A stretch of DNA of 64,000 bases from an uncultured Gammaproteobacteria bacterium (GCA_964588165.1 CAZPMS010000002.1:15951-79950); one strand, 5' to 3'; positions 8,677 to 19,097 are shown, counted from the stretch's first letter. Made by a program: numbers and translations. The notes: generated from the letters alone by a model not told the origin.

Positions 8677-9621
8677 TTAACTTGTCCAGTAATATGCCAT
8701 TATACTAAAATCCACCAGATCAATTTTACCGTCATTATTTAAGTACTCTGCTTCAATTTGGGCAAACTCTTCATTTAAAGGTTTATTGTACCAATAAGCC
8801 ACTATAGAAAAGTCAACTAAGTTAACTTGGCCGTCGTTATTAACATTGCCTCTTATAAACACATTCTCTTCCATTAAAATATTTTCGGTACCCACCTCAA
8901 AACCGATATTATAACTGTAACCGCTGACCATTTGGTTATTTATGGAAGCTCGGGATTTAGTGTTATGGTGCCCATAGTCTAAGATTGATGTATCAAAATT
9001 ACTTAAATAGATGCCATTGGTATCAGAACTGGTGTAGGCAAATTGTTCAATATCTGAATTAACAGCGATAGTAATATCAGCCAAGGGAGTAGTTTGGCCA
9101 AAGATAGCCAGATTATCACCTCTTTTTACTTGGCTTTTATCTATTGTAATGGTAGGAGAAATAAATACTCCGCTAACTGTAGTAATAATGCCTTGGGATA
9201 CAGTTATAGGGTAGGTTAAAATATTAGATCGCCGTTCTTCTTCATCATGGCTATAAAGAGAAAAGATATAGTTGCCAGAAGACAAGCCAGTTACATTTAT
9301 GGAAAAATTGGCGTCTGCTCCGGAAATGGTAGTGGCTATTACTTGGGTATCTTTTAATAGAGTTACTATGCTTTGAGGATAAGCTTTGCCAGTAAATATT
9401 ACACTGGTAGCCGGGGTGTTATAGCCTCCGCCACCGCCTCCTCCGCCACCGCCTCCTCCGCCACCGTTTTCTTCTTCCTCTTCTTCAGGCTCGGCTACTG
9501 TGGCGGAAACATTAACTGTTCCTTGTTCAGCTAAAACATAGTTTTGGGTAAAACCGAAAATAGTTAAAGAGATTACTAATAAAAAAATAGCAATTAATTT
9601 ATTTTTTTTGCTATTCTTCAT
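8677..9621 (-). CDS. Secreted protein with Gly linker, Ig-like region and C-terminal dockerin-like domain
   Basis: Poly-E/poly-G linker. Duplicated Ca-binding motifs GNVNNDGQVNLVDFSI and LNNDGKIDLVDFSI. Confidence 0.75.
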   Translation of the reverse strand: MKNSKKNKLIAIFLLVISLTIFGFTQNYVLAEQGTVNVSATVAEPEEEEEENGGGGGGGGGGGGGGYNTPATSVIFTGKAYPQSIVTLLKDTQVIATTISGADANFSINVTGLSSGNYIFSLYSHDEEERRSNILTYPITVSQGIITTVSGVFISPTITIDKSQVKRGDNLAIFGQTTPLADITIAVNSDIEQFAYTSSDTNGIYLSNFDTSILDYGHHNTKSRASINNQMVSGYSYNIGFEVGTENILMEENVFIRGNVNNDGQVNLVDFSIVAYWYNKPLNEEFAQIEAEYLNNDGKIDLVDFSIMAYYWTS

Positions 9622-9633
9622 AAAATTAATTTA

Positions 9634-10647
9634 TTACTTTAAACCTCGGACTTTATTAATAATCCATTGATTATATTTTTTAAGCCCTTTTCTTAAAATA
9701 TAACCCGCTACCACTATTACTATAACCAATAAGCTTAAAAGTTGCCAAGGAAATACAAAGAAGTAATAACTATCTTGAGCCGTTTCTTTAACTTTTCTGC
9801 CATATTCCAAACTTAACTTAGCTTTGTAGATGCCAAAAGTAAAATCTTGCCATTGTTTTTTGGCAATTTGGAAAAAACCCTCAGCATTTTCTTTAAGTTC
9901 TTGATCTTCTATTTTAGGTTCCCAATCAACAGTGAACTTTCTTATGCTGCCGGGTAAAATATTGCCTTCAGAAGGATTGGCCAATAGTTCGGCAGCTGTT
10001 AAACCAATGGAGTTTTTTATTTTTAATTCACCGATCGGTTTTAACCTATCTCCGCCTTGGTTTTTAAAGCGGTAAATAAAAGAAATTGGCAGGCTAGTAA
10101 AAAATCTTTTATTATCTTTAGTACTAAATTCTAATAAGCCGCCGCCTTCGGAAATATTCTCGCCTACCCTTAGAAGGATTAAAATACCCACTTTGGCACC
10201 AACAGAAACTTGGGTTCCCCCTTGTTGTTGTGGCGGGGAAGTTCCCCAAAAAATGGCAGCAAAATAGCCGCCGTTTTCAGTATTATTTGGAACTCTAATT
10301 TTATATTTAATTTCTTTTTGTTCGCCGCCTTTTAAAGTAATTTGGCTGGGAGCCTCTATCCATGTAGCTAAACCTTCTGTAGCTATAGTAAAACTGGGTG
10401 TGCCTTCTTCGCCTTTAGATTCAAAATTTTCAAAAGTAGAATAGAAAGTTTTTTCTTCCAACTGTTCGTTTAGCAATAAGAATTTGCCTTCATATATTTT
10501 TCCGGCATCTGTAAACACTTCAATTCTAGGAGGAGAAACGGTTAATGCCTGAACAGGTCCTGCTAATAAAGATAACCCTAAAAATAGAATTAAAGTGAAG
10601 AGAAAATATTTCATTATGGTAATAAAAATATATTTATGTAATACCAA
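9634..10647 (-). CDS. DUF916/WxL-interacting-like membrane-anchored protein
   Basis: LTVSPPRIE...IRVPNNTENGGYFAAIFW...FKNQGGDRLKPIG...NILPGSIRKF, C-terminal TM helix. Confidence 0.65.
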   Translation of the reverse strand: MVLHKYIFITIMKYFLFTLILFLGLSLLAGPVQALTVSPPRIEVFTDAGKIYEGKFLLLNEQLEEKTFYSTFENFESKGEEGTPSFTIATEGLATWIEAPSQITLKGGEQKEIKYKIRVPNNTENGGYFAAIFWGTSPPQQQGGTQVSVGAKVGILILLRVGENISEGGGLLEFSTKDNKRFFTSLPISFIYRFKNQGGDRLKPIGELKIKNSIGLTAAELLANPSEGNILPGSIRKFTVDWEPKIEDQELKENAEGFFQIAKKQWQDFTFGIYKAKLSLEYGRKVKETAQDSYYFFVFPWQLLSLLVIVIVVAGYILRKGLKKYNQWIINKVRGLK

Positions 10648-10691
10648 GACTTACATTAATAAATTTTTGTTTTTTTAGCAAGTCTGTTGTT

Positions 10692-13223
10692 TTAGTAGTT
10701 GGCGGTGGCTACGAAAGTCAAGGCTGATGTATAAGTTCCGGAATCAGTATTGGAGGCAATATTGGCCAGGAAAAAGACATCATAATCTGTAGTAGCTGTA
10801 GCGCTGGAGGCTGAAGCAACTTGATCAGCAGCCGATTCTCCGTCGTAGGCATAATTGGCCGTATCATAAGGTGAAGAAGCTGTACCGCTACCGCCTGATG
10901 CAGATAATTTAATGCCAAACTGTTCAGAGCCAGCACTTGGAGCGGTTGCGCTTCCACCAATAGCCGTTATTGTATCACCATATGAATTTGTTAAAGTTGG
11001 CCCTTCTATAGTGATAGTATAACCATTGGTGGCGCTACTGGAAGCGGATAGAGTGTGAGCTACGGCCTCTGTGCCGCTGCCATCCAAGTCTCCTGTAGCA
11101 TATCTTGAATTACCGCTGTCTAAAGTTCCAAAACCAATAGTATTATCAGAAATGCTAAAAGTTAAAGTTTGAGGATTTTTTATGGTGGTAGTATTATTAA
11201 TGGCTACAGCAGTGCCAGGTGTTACAGAACCAGTAGCAGTAACTTCAGAAGAAGGGTCAGTTATTTCTATTAAGATAGTTTCATCAGCCGAAGCTCCAGA
11301 TTCAACATCCAAAACTATATAAGCACAAATTTGCGAGGTGCCAACGGTCATAGTGCCGGAAATGGTGGCGTCACTAGAGGAAAAAGAAGCAGCCGTGCCA
11401 AAAAGGCTTTCACCGCCATCGTAATTACACGATGCCGAAGTTTCATAATAAATGTCAACATTAGTTAAGTTTGAATCAGCATTAACCGTTCCGGTCTCAC
11501 TAATAATAATTTCTGTCACATCGGTACTGCCAGTATCTCTAATTAAGGTAAAAGCTCCTCCAATATATATATCTTCAGTAGGGTTTACGGCATAGCCGAT
11601 TTGGTTACCGGTAGTTCCGACAGTAATTTCTCCGCTAGCCTGTAGAGTGGTAGAACTGGGGATGGCTTCAGTTCCGGAATCGATGGTGCCAGTATTAACT
11701 GTTATTTCATTAGGCGGATCAGTAATTTCTATATCAATAACTTCACCAGCAGAAGCTCCGGCACCTACATCTAAAATAATATAAATACAATCTTGATTTG
11801 TGTCTACGTGTAGGTTGCCCGTTACCACAGCATCTTCTGAAGCATCAAAGGCGGCATCAGTGCCAAAAAGAGTTTCACCGCCACCGTAACTGCAAGAACC
11901 AGTTTGCTCATAACGAATATCCAAGTTAGCTAGATTATTTTGGGCGCTAACATCACCAGCTTCACTTACAGTAATTGATGTAATAGTTCCGCTACCGCCA
12001 TCAGCTACAATAGTAAACCAGCCGCCAATATAATTATCAGTAGAATCAACGTTAAGGTTAGCCACTTGATTATCAGCCGCTGTTAAAGTAAAAGAAGGCT
12101 CAGCTACAGTGGTTGAACCGGCAATAGCTACTGCTGTACCTGGAGTCACTGCATCAGTAGCTGTTACTTCTGAAGAAGGATCAGTAATTTCTAATTCAAT
12201 AGTTTGAGAGTCAGAAGCTCCAGGCCCTAAATTATATTCCACATAAGCACAAACTTGAGAAGTGCCTACGCTCATAGAACCGGTAACGGTGGCATTTTCT
12301 GAACCATCAAAAGCATTAGCTGTACCAAAAATCGTTTCATCTCCGTTATAAGTACAGGTAGCAGCCGTTTCATAACGAATTACAATGTCTTTTAAATTGG
12401 TTTGGGCGCTAAAAGTGCCATCAGTTTCGCTCAGAACTATTTGGGTTACAGTATCGCTGCCGGTATTTGTAACAAAAGTAAAAGCCCCGCCGGCGTTATT
12501 TACATTGGAACCGGTATAAACAGTGCCGGTTTGGGTGCCGGTGGTGCCAACAGTAATTTCGGGGCTTATAATATCTATTTGAGCACACCTGTTGGTTGAA
12601 TATTCGTGCACTCCGGTTAAGCTAATATAGTAAGTTGTGCCATATGCAGCATTGCTGGTAACTTGGAAACCCCATTCAAGTTCTGAAAATTCATAAGGGC
12701 TATTATCAATACTGATAGTTTGTGAATTGGCGCTGTTATCAATTTGTGAGCCAGCTACAAAAGAAGCAGTTGCCGGGTCGGTAATCCCGCCATCCAAGGA
12801 TACATTTGTGGTATCGCTGCCGCTGGCAAGTTGAGTATCGTACATACAAAAAGGATGGACACCGCAACTGCCACTAACTGGAATAGCCGTGAAGTCGGTG
12901 GTACAGTCTGAATTGGTGCCGTAAGTAACTCCAAAAGAAACACCATTGGCGTCTTTGGTGCCGGTATTGTGGACTAAATGCCTTACTCTAAGAACCTGCC
13001 CTCTATCTATACTGGTAGTAGCTGTATTTTCAGCAACGCCCCAACTGGCATTAACTTCATTTCCATCATCATTACGCCAACGATATGCTTCTAGATCTAA
13101 ATTTGCTACACCTGAGGCTAAAATAAATTCTAAATTTAAAATGGTAAAAAAACCAATAGCGATAACTATCACTAAAGTTGCTATAATAATTGTTTCTTTA
13201 TTTTTTTTATGATTTGTAAACAT
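10692..13223 (-). CDS. Large S/T/G-rich surface protein with three internal repeats of about 155 aa and a WxL-like C-terminus
   Basis: Repeats ...GGxFT...ETxFGT...C.Y...EITDP. C-terminal TLTFSIS...TDSGTYTSALTFVATANY. Confidence 0.75.
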   Translation of the reverse strand: MFTNHKKNKETIIIATLVIVIAIGFFTILNLEFILASGVANLDLEAYRWRNDDGNEVNASWGVAENTATTSIDRGQVLRVRHLVHNTGTKDANGVSFGVTYGTNSDCTTDFTAIPVSGSCGVHPFCMYDTQLASGSDTTNVSLDGGITDPATASFVAGSQIDNSANSQTISIDNSPYEFSELEWGFQVTSNAAYGTTYYISLTGVHEYSTNRCAQIDIISPEITVGTTGTQTGTVYTGSNVNNAGGAFTFVTNTGSDTVTQIVLSETDGTFSAQTNLKDIVIRYETAATCTYNGDETIFGTANAFDGSENATVTGSMSVGTSQVCAYVEYNLGPGASDSQTIELEITDPSSEVTATDAVTPGTAVAIAGSTTVAEPSFTLTAADNQVANLNVDSTDNYIGGWFTIVADGGSGTITSITVSEAGDVSAQNNLANLDIRYEQTGSCSYGGGETLFGTDAAFDASEDAVVTGNLHVDTNQDCIYIILDVGAGASAGEVIDIEITDPPNEITVNTGTIDSGTEAIPSSTTLQASGEITVGTTGNQIGYAVNPTEDIYIGGAFTLIRDTGSTDVTEIIISETGTVNADSNLTNVDIYYETSASCNYDGGESLFGTAASFSSSDATISGTMTVGTSQICAYIVLDVESGASADETILIEITDPSSEVTATGSVTPGTAVAINNTTTIKNPQTLTFSISDNTIGFGTLDSGNSRYATGDLDGSGTEAVAHTLSASSSATNGYTITIEGPTLTNSYGDTITAIGGSATAPSAGSEQFGIKLSASGGSGTASSPYDTANYAYDGESAADQVASASSATATTDYDVFFLANIASNTDSGTYTSALTFVATANY

Positions 13224-13226
13224 AAA

Positions 13227-14750
13227 TTATGTCACAAATAAATAATATTCAAAATATTTATGGGCCCAATCTCTAAAAGCTTGGCCAGCTTGGATTTGCC
13301 AGAGCTGGGCTGGGTTATAATCATCGGTTAAAATTAAAGAAGTATTTGGGGGAGTAAGCTTAAATATGTCGGTTCTTAAAATTTCTTGGTATAGATTAAA
13401 ACATTCAGGAGTAGGGCAGTTATTTTCTATGGCTTCATCTAAATTATCCGGCAGATTAGAGCCGGCAAAGAAAATAATATTAGTCCAATTTTCCTGACTG
13501 TCTGCCATGGTGATTATTTTTGGAAAGGCTTGCTGTAAAGTTAAATAAAGTGATTGGCTAAATTGTGAATTTAAAAAACCAAGTGTATTAATGGCTAAAA
13601 TCCCTTGCGGCGTTAATTTATTTTTTATTTCTTTAAAGGCCTCCTGGCTTAATAGATGAATGGGAATTTGTTCACTGCCAAAGGCGTCAATTATAATTAA
13701 GTCATATTTTTTTTCTGTTTTATTTAAAAAATAACGGCCATCAGTAAAATATAGGTTAAATTCTTCTGAAGAAAAGCCAAAATAATCAGTGGCTACTTTT
13801 TCTACCTTAGGATCAATTTCTACAATATCACTAATAATTCCTTGCTTTTTAAGATCTCGGGGGATAATTCCAGCTGCTAACCCGATAACTAGGGCATTTT
13901 TGGGCTGTGGCATTAAATAAGCTGCCATCTGCATTTCATTAGTACAGGGTAAAGAACTTTGACCAGTGTTTTTAAAAATTCCGCTTTGATTAATACCATC
14001 AATTAAAAAATAACGTACCGGCCCTTTATCAACTACTTGGATTTCTCCGTAAAAACTGGGGGTTTTAAAAATTAATTTACTTTCTTGGGTGGCTGTTGAT
14101 TTATAGGTAGGTACCAGCATTAATATTGCCATTAAAATTAAACCGCCAGCCAGTTTTAGAAAACCTTTATTTATTAAGAGCCAAACAAAAGCGGTTATCA
14201 GCAAGACTAAAGCAGCAAGGCCGAATATTTTAGTTATGCCAAAATTGGGAATTAGTAAAAAACCGGTTACTATAGCTCCGGTAAGTGATCCTAAGGTAGA
14301 TATGGCATAAAGATTGCCAGCTGTTATGCCTAAGTAATCTAGGGCTTCGGTTTTTATTTTTACTGCCAAGGGGGTTACCATGGCCAGTAATAAAAGAGGC
14401 AAAGCAAATAAAATAAAGCTGGCAGCCAAAGGGCCTTGGATCATGCCAAAACGAGCCGACCAAAGTAAAATCCAGGCGTCTATTTTAGGGATTATTAAAA
14501 CAAATAAGCCGCTTAAGAAAATAATCAGGTAAAGATTTTTTAGATAAGGTTTTTTATCTGCAATGCGGCCACCCCAAAAATAACCTAAAGCCAAACAGGC
14601 CATGGTAATGGTTATTAAAGAACTCCAAACATAAATGGTAGTGCCGTAGAAAGGGGCTAAAATTCTGGTGCCGGCAATTTCTATTACCATGATTACGGCT
14701 CCGGTTATAAAGAGGGTAAGATATAAGAAATATTTATTAAATAGTTTCAT
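13227..14750 (-). CDS. Fused membrane domain / spermidine synthase-like SAM-dependent protein
   Basis: About 7 TM helices, then ALVIGLAAG, VEIDP, DGRYFL, YDLIIIDAF, LTDDYNP. Confidence 0.88.
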   Translation of the reverse strand: MKLFNKYFLYLTLFITGAVIMVIEIAGTRILAPFYGTTIYVWSSLITITMACLALGYFWGGRIADKKPYLKNLYLIIFLSGLFVLIIPKIDAWILLWSARFGMIQGPLAASFILFALPLLLLAMVTPLAVKIKTEALDYLGITAGNLYAISTLGSLTGAIVTGFLLIPNFGITKIFGLAALVLLITAFVWLLINKGFLKLAGGLILMAILMLVPTYKSTATQESKLIFKTPSFYGEIQVVDKGPVRYFLIDGINQSGIFKNTGQSSLPCTNEMQMAAYLMPQPKNALVIGLAAGIIPRDLKKQGIISDIVEIDPKVEKVATDYFGFSSEEFNLYFTDGRYFLNKTEKKYDLIIIDAFGSEQIPIHLLSQEAFKEIKNKLTPQGILAINTLGFLNSQFSQSLYLTLQQAFPKIITMADSQENWTNIIFFAGSNLPDNLDEAIENNCPTPECFNLYQEILRTDIFKLTPPNTSLILTDDYNPAQLWQIQAGQAFRDWAHKYFEYYLFVT

Positions 14751-14874
14751 AAAAAATAATTTGGCACTATAAAAACTGTGGAAAAATATTTTCGCTTATT
14801 TATAATAATATTTACTATATTATAACATAAAATTGACTTTTTTATTTTAGTTAAAATATGCTATTATTTTGAAT

Positions 14875-15975
14875 ATGAAAATATTAGGTATAGAAACATC
14901 ATGTGATGAAAGCGCAGCTGCGCTGCTTCACGTATCACATAACACATATCACTTATCCAGTAATATTGTTTTATCGCAGATAGATATTCATAAAAAATAT
15001 GGTGGCATTGTGCCAGAGGTGGCAGCACGGAAACATGTTGAGTCAATTATTCCTGTTATTGAAGAATCCATTGGTAAGCAAAAACCGGATTTAATTGCTG
15101 TAACCTATGGTCCTGGTTTAATTACTTCGTTACAGGTTGGTGTGCAAACAGCTAAGACCTTGGCTTACATTTGGCAGGTTCCTTTAGTTGGGGTAAATCA
15201 TTTGGAGGCTCATCTTTGGAGCTTTATTTTGAATGAAGAAAGACGAGTGAAGAATGACGTCACACGTCACACGTCACACGTCAAACAATTTCCGGCAGTT
15301 GGTCTAATCGTATCAGGCGGGCATACGGAAATGGTTTTAGTAAAGGGAATTGGCTCGCCTCGATTCCCGTCCCGACTCGGTCGATCCGAGGCAAACGACG
15401 AAGCGGGCAAGTATAAATTGATTGGCAGAACCAGAGACGATGCAGTAGGCGAAGCTTTTGATAAAGTGTCTAAGATGTTAGAAACTGGTTACCCGGGCGG
15501 ACCGATTATTAGCCACTTTGCCAAAAAAGGCGATCCAGCAAGTATAGATTTTCCTAGACCGATGATAGATAGTGACGATTTTGATTTTTCTTTTTCCGGT
15601 TTAAAAACAGCAGTTAAGTATCATCTTAAACAAATGCCTAAAACCGGCAATTTAAGCCAGGCTTTTATAAATAATGTTTGTGCCAGTTTCCAAAAAGCGG
15701 TAATTGATGTTTTAGTTAGTAAAACCATTAAAGCTACAGAAAAATATAAGGCCAAATCAATTATTTTGGGCGGGGGAGTTAGTGCCAATGAAAATTTAAT
15801 CCATAATCTATTATCCATAACCAAAAAAAGGGAGATAGACTTTTATTATCCAGAATTAAAATTTACCGGTGATAATGCGGCTATGGTGGCTTTGGTAGGC
15901 TTCTTAAATAAAAAATCTGCCAAGAAAAATAATTGGCAGAAGTTGGTGGCCGAAGCAAATCTTAAGTTGGTTTAG
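14875..15975 (+). CDS. tsaD: tRNA N6-adenosine threonylcarbamoyltransferase (with two short in-frame insertions)
   Basis: ILGIETSCDE, GGIVPEVAARKH, VNHLEAH, VSGGHT, TRDDAVGEAFDK, FSFSGLKT, DNAAM. Confidence 0.97.
   Translation: MKILGIETSCDESAAALLHVSHNTYHLSSNIVLSQIDIHKKYGGIVPEVAARKHVESIIPVIEESIGKQKPDLIAVTYGPGLITSLQVGVQTAKTLAYIWQVPLVGVNHLEAHLWSFILNEERRVKNDVTRHTSHVKQFPAVGLIVSGGHTEMVLVKGIGSPRFPSRLGRSEANDEAGKYKLIGRTRDDAVGEAFDKVSKMLETGYPGGPIISHFAKKGDPASIDFPRPMIDSDDFDFSFSGLKTAVKYHLKQMPKTGNLSQAFINNVCASFQKAVIDVLVSKTIKATEKYKAKSIILGGGVSANENLIHNLLSITKKREIDFYYPELKFTGDNAAMVALVGFLNKKSAKKNNWQKLVAEANLKLV
15355..15408. repeat. 54-nt GC-rich imperfect palindrome inserted in frame in tsaD
   Basis: Encodes SPRFPSRLGRSEANDEAG between KGIG and KYKLIG, flanked by a GGC direct repeat. 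Confidence 0.75.
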
Positions 15976-16367
15976 ATAACCCGCTTATCATCAACTTTTT
16001 TTACTGATTTACTTTTTTTAGAGGTAAGTTTTTTTATTAAATCAGAAAAAAGTAAGTTGTCTTTACTCTTATCAAGCAGAAACAGAATACCGATTAAAAA
16101 CAGCGGGCCGGTAATAATAAAATAAGCAATAAAGTCAGCATCACCTTTGGTTAGAATAATATAAAAGATGCCCAAGGCAATAAAACCAAGCTTGCCAACT
16201 ATTTGATTTTTCCAAGCCAGGATGGTTATCAGCAAAATAATTGCCCAAACTCCGCTTTCTATTAAGGTTTCCCAAGAAAGGCCATGTGAAAGGAAAACAA
16301 AGCTCATCCAAAAGAGAGTGATTAAAGCGGATAATATTCTTGGGATCCAATAAAGAAATTTTTTCAT
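15972..16367 (-). CDS. Hypothetical membrane protein
   Basis: Four hydrophobic segments. Confidence 0.75.
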   Translation of the reverse strand: MKKFLYWIPRILSALITLFWMSFVFLSHGLSWETLIESGVWAIILLITILAWKNQIVGKLGFIALGIFYIILTKGDADFIAYFIITGPLFLIGILFLLDKSKDNLLFSDLIKKLTSKKSKSVKKVDDKRVI

Positions 16368-16369
16368 TA

Positions 16370-16738
16370 CTAATTAGCAGTTATAAAATAAACCACCAAA
16401 CCGGCTAAAACTAAAATTCCTAAAATAATTATTATGGATTTTTTTAGTTTTTTCTCCGGTTCTGTTAGGTCATTCCAAGTTCGGCGGTTTTGTTTCCATT
16501 TGCTTTTATTAGCTAGCCCAATAACCAAAAAAACTACTCCTAAATAAAATAAGCTATTTAAGCTGTATTCTTTGGTAAATAAGGAAGGCACACCAATTAA
16601 GGTCCAAATTAAACCAATTACAAACAGAGAATAATAGTCGGTTGGAGTTTTATATTTCCTTTTTATGAAAATAAATATTGCCAAAAATACCAATAGCACG
16701 ATACCGACCGAAATCATCAGCCAAGGGATTGTTTCCAT
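16370..16738 (-). CDS. Hypothetical membrane protein
   Basis: Four hydrophobic segments, tightly spaced in an operon. Confidence 0.75.
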   Translation of the reverse strand: METIPWLMISVGIVLLVFLAIFIFIKRKYKTPTDYYSLFVIGLIWTLIGVPSLFTKEYSLNSLFYLGVVFLVIGLANKSKWKQNRRTWNDLTEPEKKLKKSIIIILGILVLAGLVVYFITAN

Positions 16739-16744
16739 ATTATT

Positions 16745-17062
16745 TTATTTTAAGTTAATTAATACTAAGCCAATTGCAATAACAATTATACCGGCAATTT
16801 GGATAGGGGCAATGGTTTCTTTAAAGCCAAAGTAGCCCACTATGGTAACTACAATTACCGAAATAGCAATCCATAAAATATTGGTAATGGCGGCGCCTTC
16901 GTATTTTAAAGAAAGGGCAAAAACAAAACCGGCGCCGCCAAACAGCAAAACTGTTAAAATAAGCAATAGTGGATTTTTGCTAACACTGTAGAATTTAGCA
17001 GATAAAACACCGCCTAAATCAAGTAGAGTAATTATAGAAATGTAATACCAAAAGGGGCTCAT
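16745..17062 (-). CDS. SMR/DMT family small transporter
   Basis: 105 aa, 4 TM, FKETIAPIQIAGIIVIAIG C-terminal pattern. Confidence 0.75.
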   Translation of the reverse strand: MSPFWYYISIITLLDLGGVLSAKFYSVSKNPLLLILTVLLFGGAGFVFALSLKYEGAAITNILWIAISVIVVTIVGYFGFKETIAPIQIAGIIVIAIGLVLINLK

Positions 17063-17092
17063 TAATGTATCTTAACATATTATTAACTTTTT

Positions 17093-17767
17093 TTAATCAT
17101 TTTGGGGCATAGATTCACAATTGCATGCACAAGGGAACTTGGATTGGCTTGGGTAATGAGCTTGTGCAAACATTTGCCTGGTGGCCTCTTTAAATTTTTG
17201 GTCCATATATTTTATTGGGCATTCAAAATTTCCATTGGTTGAAATACCCAAATGTAAATGATATTCGCCATAAGGAGTTATGGCGGCATCGCCCAAATAA
17301 TCCCCTTTGTTAATCTTATCGCCAATTTTAACTTGCACATTTGTGAGTCCTGCATAATCCATTTTAAAATTACCTCTTTTAACGTCGATAATATCTCCGG
17401 CGCCTTCATCCTCGCCTACTTTTACAAATAATATTTCTCCATCTGCCGCGGCGTAAATTTTAGAATCAGGTTTTAACTCAAAATCAATTGCATTATGGAG
17501 CCTTCCAATTTCCCATTGATCTGCACAAAAAGGTACTGCTCCCCAAAACTTTGATGAAAAATCATCCATATCAAAAGGCAATGTTAATACTGGTGTGTTT
17601 GAGCCTGCCATTTTTGGATATTCTTTATTTGTTAAGCAAACATCTTCCGGTGATTTTGTCTGAATTATATCATTAATATCTTTATTAGATGATTCCTTCT
17701 TTGAATCATTTAGCGCCGAACATCCAGCCAGAAAAATAAAAATTACTAGCAATATAACTTTTTTCAT
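17093..17767 (-). CDS. M23 family metallopeptidase lipoprotein
   Basis: Lipobox LAGC, HNAIDF, IYAAADG, HLH motifs. Confidence 0.8.
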   Translation of the reverse strand: MKKVILLVIFIFLAGCSALNDSKKESSNKDINDIIQTKSPEDVCLTNKEYPKMAGSNTPVLTLPFDMDDFSSKFWGAVPFCADQWEIGRLHNAIDFELKPDSKIYAAADGEILFVKVGEDEGAGDIIDVKRGNFKMDYAGLTNVQVKIGDKINKGDYLGDAAITPYGEYHLHLGISTNGNFECPIKYMDQKFKEATRQMFAQAHYPSQSKFPCACNCESMPQND

Positions 17768-17804
17768 AATATTTATTTAATAATCAATACTATATAATTT
17801 TTTT

Positions 17805-18089
17805 CTACTCATCGGATTTATCAATTACAAAATCAATATCAGTTAAAGCAACTACTTTATGATATACATTAGGGCCTACCTTAAACATTATAGGCGCTTT
17901 AACTACTTGAGTTTCGTCACTAATAGTTAATTCAATTTTTCCTTTGACTAAATAAATAATCTCGCGATCCTTATGAGTATGATTTGCGCCGATAGTCCCT
18001 TTTTTCCTGGTGATGAAACTTGATTTACCACAGTCATAGATAATGCCTCTTTCATCTGATTTGATAACTTTAATTTTGTGTAGTTCCAT
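17805..18089 (-). CDS. Cupin domain protein
   Basis: NHTHKDREIIYLVKG...PNVYHKV. Confidence 0.8.
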   Translation of the reverse strand: MELHKIKVIKSDERGIIYDCGKSSFITRKKGTIGANHTHKDREIIYLVKGKIELTISDETQVVKAPIMFKVGPNVYHKVVALTDIDFVIDKSDE

Positions 18090-18238
18090 ATTATATGCTA
18101 TTTATTTAACCTATTTATTATATTTTAACATATTTTTTGCTCTTTTGTATTAATATCTTGACGTGGATTAATTAAACCGCTATAGTAAAATATAAAAAAA
18201 TTTGATCAACTGAACCTTGTAAGTAGGAGGATATCGAG

Positions 18239-19021
18239 ATGGATGCAACAAATCCAGTTGGATCTGACGGCCGCACGTATCATTTGCAGACGCGCAAAGG
18301 TGATCTTGCTGAACATTGTTTACTTGTGGGTTCGCCCGAGCGAGCGAAGATGGTCGCAGAGACTATGTTTGAGTCTGCTAAACTTGTTGGCGATCATCGA
18401 GGCCTTAAGACGTTCACCGGTATGGTGAATAATGTGCCAATATCGGTGGTTACAACTGGTATGGGTAGCGCGTCGATGGCCATTGTTCTGCCCGAAGCAT
18501 TCTACTCGGGTGCCAAACGTTTTATCCGTGTCGGTTCATGTTCAACGCTCTGGCAAGAGCCGAGTCCTGGCGATTCAGCTATCTGTTCCGGTGCGGTGCG
18601 CTTGGATGGTGCCAGCGAGAACTGGGCGCCGATTGAGTTCCCGGCTGTGCCTGATTTCCGGGTTGTGAGTGCCATGGTGGAGGCGGCAGAGTTGCTTTCT
18701 CTTCCATATCATGTCGGCATTGGCGCCACAACCACCTGCTTTAATGAGGGGCAGGCAAGGCCTGATAGCTCGGGCTACCTCCCACCTCGGCTTAAGATGA
18801 TGCATGATGAGCTCGTCCAGCGTGGTGTTCTTTTCTACTCAATGGAAGAGGCGACACTGTTCGTATGGTGTTCTACCCATGGCAGGGATTTGTGGGCCGG
18901 TGCAGTAGACGCTATCTTTGGAAACCGCCACACCAACGAACTCAAGGTCTGCGGTGAGGAGGAGGCAGCCAAGATTGCTATTCGCACCCTACTCATTATC
19001 AGCGAGCGCTACCCGTTGTAA
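18239..19021 (+). CDS. udp: Uridine phosphorylase (PNP/UDP-1 family)
   Basis: YHL, VGSPER, TGMGSAS, FIRVGSC, EGQAR, SMEEAT. AGGAGG SD, higher GC than neighbours. Confidence 0.85.
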   Translation: MDATNPVGSDGRTYHLQTRKGDLAEHCLLVGSPERAKMVAETMFESAKLVGDHRGLKTFTGMVNNVPISVVTTGMGSASMAIVLPEAFYSGAKRFIRVGSCSTLWQEPSPGDSAICSGAVRLDGASENWAPIEFPAVPDFRVVSAMVEAAELLSLPYHVGIGATTTCFNEGQARPDSSGYLPPRLKMMHDELVQRGVLFYSMEEATLFVWCSTHGRDLWAGAVDAIFGNRHTNELKVCGEEEAAKIAIRTLLIISERYPL

Positions 19022-19097
19022 CTCAGAGACGAGGGCGTCTGTTCATTCAACCAATATGTTTCATAATTGTTGCATGGAAGGCTCAATATTTTATTGA

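Noticed and set aside
9424-9490. 15-nt GC-rich tandem repeat
   Set aside because: Simply encodes the poly-Gly/poly-Glu linker of the dockerin-like protein.
7487-13223. Genomic island integrated at tRNA-Glu
   Set aside because: No integrase and no duplicated tRNA 3' end seen in the window.
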